Below the pieces are notes generated by a model. It was not told where the DNA came from and did not search any database. It saw only the letters and a list, made by a program, of their open reading frames with translations. Source: Trichoplax sp. H2 (lineage: Eukaryota). Taken from it: a DNA stretch of 64,000 nt. Positions 54,201-64,000 of the stretch are shown in pieces (the first letter of the stretch is position 1; every line of letters begins with the position of its first letter). The DNA lies in NCBI GenBank assembly GCA_003344405.1, contig NOWV01000191.1, positions 1 through 64,000 on the forward strand, written 5' to 3'. Made by a program: the position numbers and the translations under genes.

Positions 54201-55899
54201 GAACAGTAAATCATGTACTGACACCTTTGTTACAATTATGGAATTTAAATTATTAGAAACTTTTCCATTTCTCCCACTCAATTTTTTTACCTTTAAAATT
54301 CTATTCAGAGTGTTTCAATAGTTACTTTCATATTTATAGCAAGTTTATGACGGTTGCCCCTCAATTATGTACCTTTATGTATGCTTTGATATTAAAGAAA
54401 AATGTCACCAAATTCTAGATATACCGAGTAATTATCCAATATCGACACCTTATCCACCTTAGAATATCCTTATTGAGTATCATTTATCAGTAATCTTTAT
54501 CGAATTTCTATTTAATCTCTGAGATGAAGAACATGAAATGATAACATTAATTATTAATTACTACAATTTAACTCAATTTTTGATATCATAATTACTCTAA
54601 AATGCTTTGATAGGAAAACTTAATTGATAATAGGGGTTGAGAATTCAAAGTTAGCACAGGTAGCTATCCATGAATCTATTCTCATAATTTGGCGTCAACA
54701 CCAGAAATCTGATTTAATTAATGAAGTAATGTAGCCGGTGCCTACTGAAAAAGCTGTTCAACTTCGAATAGGCTGATAGTGGGTAATACTTTGTGATGAC
54801 TGGTGCTACCTCTCATTTTATACTGGTTTCGCAGGATCCTTCTATTATCTGAATTCATGCGTAGCCTTTAAATCTTAACTAAGTTTTCCTCGGTAATTGT
54901 CTAAGCTAAGCTTATACACAATATTATTCGCAACTGCTATTTATAGGTCTATTTACCTGTAAAAATATTATAAAGACTCCATCTCTTTACCGTAAGAGAT
55001 TCTCGATATCGTAACTTACAGTCATAATAAGACGGTAAGATGCTCATTTTTGCCACATTCAGTTTATCGAATGTTAATAACATCTTATAATTAGCATACA
55101 AGTCATTAGCTTTATTTGGTATTTTATGCATATAATTTTAAGAGAAAATTAATGATTATCACATAATAATCGCTAAAATTAAAATAACTTTAACGCCTTT
55201 CCCATTTAGAAGATTAATATAATAAAGATATAGAGATCAAGGAATTAATTTGGAATCTTATGGTAGTTCCCAGCCTCTAGGCTCTTAAACATTTTAAAGA
55301 CGATATAGTCTGGGATAGACATGGATACATATCCATCTAAGCAAGGCGAGATCTCTCACCAACATATATATTTGCTGTAGCATCTTATCCTAACAAAATA
55401 ATATAATTGTTGCATTGTAATATCATTCATTTATTATTTTCAAATCAGATTATAATATTATTACCTGGAATTGATATATAATAATAATCGTATTATTGAT
55501 TTCGTTGTTATGTTAGTCAATGTTTGGCTAGCAACGCATGACCATTTCATCGTGTGTTTAAGGAAAATAATATGGGTTACTACAGCGATATGAATGGGAA
55601 ATTACAGACAATGTCTTGGATTGAATAGTATCATAATTAACTACGTTTTTTTGAAGTATTATATTCTTGAAGTGATTAGTTCGTTGATCGCAGTCATTAT
55701 ACTAGCAGCATCTCATAGTTAACACCAGAATTTTAGCCAATGAATAACATCGGTATATTAAATGTTATTTTTGTATCACTTGGATATTTCACGCTTATGT
55801 AATTATTTTACTGACACAATAAATCAGTAACTAATAATCGTAATGATAAAACACTATTATGACGTAAACTAGATTTTAAATCCAGCCTTGTACCATCAG

Positions 55900-56021
55900 T
55901 ATAAATAAGCATGGTTCCAATCATTCACAGACAGAGTTCATTAATTTAACAAGAAAGAGACGATTCGATGGGTTAGGATTACTGGCAAGTAGATTGCAAC
56001 CATATCGAAAGTTGACGTCTG
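55900..56021 (+). promoter_or_regulatory. Possible TATA box and untranslated first exon of the RFX gene
   Basis: TATAAATA at 55900-55907 and a strong donor CTG|GTAAGT at 56022, about 2.2 kb upstream of the first RFX coding exon; no transcript evidence. Confidence 0.3.
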
Positions 56022-58229
56022 GTAAGTGATTTTTAATGTTATCTCAGGTAATTTACTTCAATCTTATGAGCAAGATAGAGTAAATGTTGAGCTGTTAAAG
56101 TATGCTTAATATTAGTTGAGTTTACTTGTCCTAAAGCAAAATGGACTTAAGATTTGCTACTTATCAACGCGCAAATAAATAGCGAATACCAATGAATGAA
56201 ATGAATGAATGTATTAACTGCATCCTTACTTTTTAAATGATTACTGATTGCTACAGCTATCAATCTTCAAATTACAAATCCGCTTTAGTTTCACTGAATC
56301 AAAAATATTATTACTTTTCCCACTATGACGATAGACTATTCTATTTACTAACATCAATGCTAATGATAAATTGCAAGCATAGCGATCCAAATAGGAAACT
56401 CTAGAATTGGATTTACGATTAGTCATTATTATTGCCAATGCTATGTACCGTTCTACTTCTAACTCCTTTTCTTTCACCCTTAAAAATGAGTCTATCTATT
56501 TCCAAATTATAACTTTCGATTTACTCCTTTTTCGTCGATACTTATTCCCATAGCAATCATTTCACGATCAGTTTCTTTAAGTTTATTTTTAGAGCTCTAA
56601 TCTCGTTGTCGTCTTTATCGTTGCAGTAGCAATTTATGCTATTTTTAAAAATTGGAAGAAATTACAGCAATTAGCGAGTATTGCCTCTAATTGAAGTTGG
56701 CTGATGTATTTTTTATTTTGGAAAAGAAGATAATGATTAGTCTTAATCCGACTCTGATTATATGTAACTTTGCACTTTCACTTGTGCAGTTTGATATTTT
56801 CACAACCAATCATAATGCTTTCATTCATTAAAACACTAAACCAAAGTTTTAGTATTTAGGTCAAAGTACGTTAACATGAATTAAGTCAGTACTGGATAAC
56901 AAAAAGTATCAGCCATATTTATTTTGATTCTAGTAAAGTAAATTTGACCTGTAGTTATACAGGCTACGCTATGCTTCGTCGTTAAACTTGTGCTCTTCTT
57001 CTTCTAATAATAGAAATAATAATAATAATAACATCATTATTATTAGATAAAGATTGCTTGTGTTATTTTGATCCTATTTTAAAATATGCAAACTGAATCT
57101 GGAAATATCTTATCACTAATGCAGTAATACATTTGATAGGTGTTATTATTTACCACATGCTTTCCCTACCCTGCACCAACTGAAGAATCATACTGCAGGT
57201 CTATCATTGATTGTTATACTTGAAGACATAGTTGGAAACATGTTTTAGTGCTAACGCTCCAATCGTTGTCATGATCTATTCTGTTTATAAGACAGGTTAT
57301 TAATTATATTAGCTTTGAATATAGTCATAGTAATTCATCGACAATCTTGCTAAGGTTGTAAATGATTGGAGAAGAGTTTTTCTGCTATCCACTATTCAAT
57401 TTTCTCACATATAATGATATTCTTTATAGAAATAGTCGATTTATAAATTTTCAAAATCATCTATTTTAATAATTACGGCATAACTTTAAAATTAATTTGA
57501 AGAGCTTGAAAAAAGGATCACAAATAGTCAGTCATCCATGCAAGAATTCATCTCTTGTTACGCGAGTACATCATTAGATATTAACATAATGTAGCTATTC
57601 ACCTGTTTGAAAGTGTAATATAGATTTTTATGTTAAAATTTTCTCAATGACAAATCAATTTTATAATCTCAATTTAACAATCATCTGTAACTTGAAGTGA
57701 CCAAATCAAGGCATTGGGTTAAATCATTTGAGTACATTTCATGCCATAAAAGTAGTTTCACTATAGCAAGAAAGGATAATCTTTCTAGATTACTAGGCGC
57801 TCTAAGTATTGCGTATTATTTCGTTTTATCTATAATAAAAACATGTCAAATTCTGCTATGCTCTTAGTTCCTCTCAAGTATTATGGTTATCTTGATCATC
57901 CTTAGACTATTTTATTTTCTTTCTTAACTTATCACTTAATCTTCTTTCTAACTTGCGTAATTAATATTACAGTACCAAAATATCTGTCATTTATACTACA
58001 TTCATAATGTATTTCCAGTTCAGAAAGCTTCATAGGTATAGCAAACCTTCTTCATCCGAATGCTCTGGCCAATCTACTTATTGGTATTTTGAATGCTTCT
58101 TACATTTCTTATTCCTCAATCTAGAAAAATAATAAATTGATATTTATGCTCTCTCAAAGGTAAAATAAATCTAGCTGCAAGTCATCTTTTTCATATTCTA
58201 TCTTTTGATTGCTGCTCATTGAAGTGAAA

Positions 58230-61200
58230 ATGGGTAAATGAAAACCTACTCTTTATCTCTTAATTGCAAGCAGTTTGTTAGACAGATACTTTGTCTGCTT
58301 TTAGTTTTATTTAATCTAAAATCGCACTGCCTTGCATGATACTATCAGTTCCTCTTACTCTGTTTCTAAGCTCATTCTGTCAATTCTTTTAGATAAGAAA
58401 TTTAATCATTCAACACCAGTTGTCCTTAAATGGTAAGAGAATTTGAAGTGCAATACCAGTATAACTAATTCGATGCCATTTAATGATGTAAAATTCACAC
58501 ATTGTGAATTGACTCTGTAAATTGATAGCTTCGCTGTGCATACTGAGAAGTAGTCAAAGTAAAAATCAATTTAAAACATTTATAGCTCTAATTTGAGACA
58601 AATCCTTCCTATGATGTATTAGTGCTATTATCTAACTATATGAATTTCTTAGGAAAAGTTATAATCGATGATTACGTAAAATCTTGATTAGATACTGAAC
58701 ACGCATGTATTAGTGCTGGTGTTATAAATACCAATGACAGCAACACGATCCAATGATTTAGAATACATTATACTAAAGAATTTTTATAAGGTATTGGTGA
58801 TCGTAATCTAAGAGAAAACTACTAGTCAAAGCATGCAGTAGTATAAGTTGCATCTAATACTTAGTCTAAAATAAGCATTCGCTATCTTACTCAGGAAGCC
58901 ATTGAAGGATTCTGCAAGTTTGCCGTATAATGGTGTTAACTTGAATTTTCTTATCAATTTCCTTTCGTAAAGTCTGTAATTTTACTGTAACTACTATATA
59001 AAGTTTAGTCTTTTTAGTTTGATAACAGGATGCATCTCTTGGTGCTTATGATTGCAGTATATTGGAGTCGATTTTACGAACAACTAAAATTTAACGTAAT
59101 CTATATCTACAAAGCTCAAGGGAGTTATAAATTCCCGTAAATTTCTTTGGATTGCATTAGGTTGATTTGATTTCGCCAGTAATTCAAAGGTGTAGTTGCA
59201 TCATCCTAAATTGAAAGTATGCTGAAAAACATATTTATTTCATTACCATAGTATTCGTACAGTTTTATTGAAAACTGATAATTTATAATGTCTTTCACTA
59301 ACTTACATATTGGTAAAAGTGTAGCGATAAGAAATATTCGCTTGCACCACCTCCGATCGTGGGGGTAAATTTCAGACACTTTCAAAGTATGACGAGGGAC
59401 CACAATTTTTACTGTAGATCAAAGGTTTAGTCCTTGTACCGTGCAAAGTAATGCAGAAATATGCTTATTTGATTTAGGCTCGAGATAAATTACGAAGAGG
59501 CAGAAGGCGTTTGTATACCACGTAGCTTTCTCTATAGCAATTATACCCAGTATTGTCAAGAAGCGAATATCCATGCCGTTAATGCTGCTAACTTTGGAAA
59601 GGTATTTTAATAATAACTACGACAGTTTGAATTTATTGCTGTAAATTATCTATAGATCATCATAAACCAATGATAAATTCATATCAATTATCTACACGTT
59701 TTAGATGATGCTAAAATTGTGCCATCATCATCCCTAATTAATACTCGTCTAATGCAGACTCAAATTTGATAATTATATCTTTAGATATGTGTATACTATA
59801 CGCACATTAACAACATTAAGTGCTAAGTAATGATCCTTTTTTTTATCGTGGAGTATTTCCTTTCCAATGTGATTTCGGTTTATTACTTTAGATATAGCCA
59901 ATAAGAAATCTTAATTTTATGCCATCAAGATGTCTGCATATCATGTATTATTATGACAGTAATAATTTTACTTTCTTTACGTTAGTATCCATCCTAATTT
60001 ATTTCAATGATTTTGGCTTAAACTATGTAGATTCTTCGCCAAGAATTTCCTAAAGTTTTGACAAGGAGATTGGGTCATCGCGGAAGATCAAAGTATGGTA
60101 CTCATTTAGGATCGCATTAAAATTTTACTATTGATGTCAAAAAATACCCTTCTATACTTATGTATCACTAGCCGTATATTTTAAATTTTGAAAAATTCGT
60201 TTAAATCTTTGATTGTTTACAACAGATATGCGCAAAATGAGTTGGATATTTATATTTGGAAGATAATTAAATAATTAATTAGAATTTCTTTAAATCTTTC
60301 TTTAGGTATCACTATTACGGAATTTGTATTAAGGAGACTTCGGAATTCTATAAAGAAATATACGGAAGAAAGATGCTTATTCGGTAAGATCAGTATTCAT
60401 ATTACTATTATATATCATTACCACTACATTTCTAAATTCGGAAACAATGCTTAGTAACAGTCAAGTTAGATTCGAAAGTGTTGATGATATAATAGCATAA
60501 TTTTTTTGCTGTAAACTCAAATTGAAGTAATACTTACTAGCAAGCTAAATTAGGGAGGCAAAATTGTCATATCCATGGTAATTATTATAGTTAAACTACA
60601 AAAATGGTGCGAAGATGTTACTCATATTTTTTTCAGTGAAAAGAAGCATCACAATAATAAAACTTACATAATTATCTTGTAGACCCTTTTTTATTTTACA
60701 AGTATTATACACCTATCATTACAATTCACGATTTGTTTCTAAATTACAATATCATTTCTTCCACACGGTGATTCTGCAATGAAACAGGGAAGAATTATCA
60801 CGAAAGTCGGAGAAAAGGGTACATAGAAAATCCTGAATAGCTTGTATCTTCACTTATAGAAATGAGCAATCGATATTTATCTGTTATACGAATGTAAACA
60901 GTTGTGACGTAGTAAAACTATTCTATTAAATTCCTATTAACATGAGTCAAGATTTATTCCTAAGATTTGTTACAGATCGGTATTAATAAATTGAGTTATA
61001 GCTTTAGGCGGAAATTTATTTAACAATCTTAATCAGATTATGCTGATGAAATGAGTGGTTCTATATTTGATACAATTTTAAAGGCTCAACAATTATAATA
61101 AGAGTGGTGCTAATAGATACAGGAGTGTGCAAGTTTTAGTTAAAAATAATGATAACACTTTAAATAAGTTATAGAAACTTTGAGATATAGTTTCTGATAG

Positions 61201-63762
61201 AAATGTATATTTCTATCCTTTGAATTGCACCAGAAATAAATAAAATAGATTCTTTCCCGGTATATATCGCCTTAATGATTTTCTTGTCGAATTTTTTAGT
61301 TTGAAGGCGAGCATGGGATTTCACAAGTTCAAAATGCCTTAGATTTGCCTAATATTGATGACTGTTGTATTCCTTCTGACTTACCTCAAGACAAAGTTAG
61401 TTGCTTTGATTCTTTGATAGGAAATTTCTATGCGTTTAGGTACTTATTAAAACGCTTACATAATGTAAATATTCTTTCGCTGGATTTTATTACAGATTAT
61501 CACCTTTACTTTAATGTATTCGACTCACTGCCAGCGTATCTTAAGCACCTCGAGTACTCACAACTTTACTGAAGTATGTATCACGTATGATATAATTATT
61601 AGTAAGAAAATATATTGCTAGAAGGTACTGCATAATTATTTTACAGCAGTAGTCTTCATAATGGTAATGCTTGTCCGCTGTTAGACGTATTATCTTTATT
61701 ATTTATTATTATTTGTATAATCGACCTAGTTAAAAATGTTTTGATGTAATTTTTGTTTACAATTTTGTTTAGACATGTGATTTCTTAATTCATTTTTGGC
61801 AAATGCTACCACCTCATTTATATGATATCTTAAATACAGATATTGTAGTTAAGATTGTTGTTGTCTATGATTTATTGGTTTATAAGGTAAGTTAGAGGCG
61901 TAAGTCTAGATTCTGGTTAAACTATTATATCTGATAATTATTTCTAAATGGAATTAAAAAAGAACTAATTGTGCTAGTCTGATTACAAGTATTAAGTAGC
62001 TCACTATAATAGGCCTTAGCTTAATTGCTAGTAAGGCTAGTATATAATTGATTTCGACATATCTTTCAAAGTATTTAAATACTGCATAATTAGTCAATTT
62101 TAAGCTGTAAACTTGGATTCTTAAATTTTAACCGAAATAACTATCAACGTTTAATTTTTAGGCCCTTTGCCAATTTTTAAAGCCCAATCCTCAAGAGTTA
62201 CTACCTGCAAAGTAAATATATCGGTCTAAGCGGAATCTTATTTGCTATTCACTGTCTCTAAACTTACAAACTGATAATTGATTTTTTTTATCTATTTTAA
62301 GCTATGATTGAAAGGAAGGCTATAAATTTGATCATACGTTTTTAAATCTTGAAACCTATCTAGGTTATCCGCAGGTGCTAGAACTTTTGGCAAGAATTTG
62401 CTATGTAAAATTAAAGAAGCGTTAAGTGATTCTATGCAACAGCTGAGGTCGGCAAAGCTTCGGGGTAGGTTCATATAGTTGACTCACAAATTCTTTAATT
62501 TTACCATAAATATGGGTATAATAACTAATGGAGTAAATTTATAATTATACAAAAAATTTAATACCGTAAAATTCACTTAATTTGTTTCTTTTGCAACAGT
62601 GGCAGAATACTTTTGTTTAATGCTTATGCGCTTAACAACCATAAATCACATATTCCAGGTATGATTAATTTCGGTAGGCCTTTTCCAATAACGTATATTG
62701 ATGAATATATGCTTCCTCAGTCAATTCTATAATTAGATATATATTTACTCCATCGTCTATCAGAATTGACATTAAATATGATGATAGATATTTGATTTTT
62801 AATATATTGAGTTCATATCATGAATATAGAAATAAATAATGGTATTGTTATTAGTATCTTTATATCGAATAATCTCTTTATATACCTTATAGGAATCTCA
62901 ATTAATACTTGGTAGTGGACTGTACATGGAGAAGATGCTACGTGATTGGCAGAATATAGATGTGAAGGAAATTTGTAACCAAAGCCTACAGTTGATAAAT
63001 ATCACCCCCATGAAGCATCGAATACTTGCCAAAAAGATTAACAAGTGTAAGTTGTATTTCACGATAAAGATAAATGTGAAGCTTTCACTGGTCGCTAGTT
63101 ATCATAAGTAAAAATATTTTTATGCTATTGATTTGTAATTGTAAAATATCGGTAAAAAATTTATGAACAATCTAATATTGATTTAATGGATTTGATAACG
63201 CAATGACCTTATAATGGCCTGTCTTACCAAAATAATTTATTATGAATCGATAATTTTTTAGCTTGCAAAGAATTTGAAAAATTGCTTGAAAATAAGGGGA
63301 ATCGTGCGACAATTATGAAATGGTTACATGTGATTGTGGATAGATTTATTCTTAAAGTTTGTAAAAGCCAGTTAATATTAGCAATTCATCTATATATAAA
63401 TAGTGAGAATTAAAATTATTAATATTACCTCGTACATTTTCGACTAGAAAAAAATGAAGAGGTACAATCGATTGCAAAGATGTAAACAACTTATGATGAT
63501 TTGGAATTATTTCACATCAAAAGTTATTCGCGAGTTAACACTGCACGGAGCCGATAGCTTTGGTAAAGAAGGAGATGATGTTAATTCTGCTTAAATTCAC
63601 TAAGCCACTAATTCACTATTTTGATGTACCAAATTGCCCTAGGTCATTTTCATTTAATTAACATGCTATGTAGCGAGTATTTAATGTATTTGTTGGAGGA
63701 AATCAGAAATGATGAAAGGCTAAAATTAAATTTAAATATGCTAAGGAAGGAACCAATTAAAG
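58230..63762 (+). CDS. RFX4: RFX transcription factor, RFX4/6/8 group (closest motifs to RFX4); winged-helix DNA-binding domain + dimerisation domain, ~440 aa
   Basis: Exons 58230-58233 (tentative start), 58393-58432, 59478-59601, 60031-60092, 60306-60383, 60788-60818 (tentative), 61300-61395, 61496-61573, 61773-61886, 62162-62211, 62364-62464, 62600-62658, 62893-63046, 63262-63356, 63448-63562 and 63643-63762 splice in frame. Translation includes [25 protein letters not shown]...[58 protein letters not shown] and VIRELTLHGADSFGHFHLI. The last exon is uncertain (possible stop at 63862-63864). Confidence 0.93.
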
Positions 63763-64000
63763 GTAAACATAAATAATAGGCATTAATGACGAGTCCAAGT
63801 TCAAAATTTTGTTCCCTAGCTTTAGTTTATATCTTTGATTGTTAATACTGTTCCTATAGGATAGATTCACTTAATCGATATCATAGCATATCAATATATT
63901 TGCATGCAATTATGATTCTGTGACTGGTTAATACATCAGATAATTTCCTCATTTAATGAGAAAGTCAAATGTATAATGGATTGTTAATTTCATTTATACT

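Noticed and set aside
61345-63111. ORFs 61345-61572, 62292-62474 and 62926-63111 as separate genes
   Set aside because: They are RFX exons read into introns, or antisense to them.

Overview
AT-rich, intron-rich animal genomic DNA. The short GT-AG introns, low GC and gene repertoire suggest an early-branching metazoan such as a placozoan (Trichoplax); this is inference and was not verified. Five protein-coding genes can be assembled from splice sites, and three of them are almost invisible in the ORF track. (1) On the minus strand, running off the left edge, is a giant cell-surface/secreted protein: signal peptide + FCGBP-type (IgGFc-binding) N-terminal domain + 14 Ig domains + at least 4 FN3 domains, with one symmetric phase-1 exon per domain and a very recent FN3 tandem duplication. 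(2) A 14-exon parvin (minus, 20626-23707). (3) A TMEM9/TMEM9B-like gene (plus, ~28.1-29.7 kb, 5' end unresolved). (4) An achaete-scute group-B (ASCL3/4/5-like) bHLH gene with a single coding exon (minus, 39740-40324). (5) An RFX4/6-like transcription factor with at least 16 exons (plus, ~58.2-63.9 kb). The parvin-TMEM9-ASCb-RFX4 neighbourhood mirrors human linkages (ASCL5-TMEM9, ASCL3-TMEM9B with PARVA on 11p15, ASCL4 with RFX4 on 12q23), suggesting very ancient microsynteny. Between parvin and TMEM9 lies a decayed mobile/virus-like block with a T5orf172/GIY-YIG-like ORF, a CxxC-CxxC fragment, TACAG/CTGTA arrays and a Helitron-like end. Two duplications flanking 20-N gaps look like uncollapsed haplotypes.
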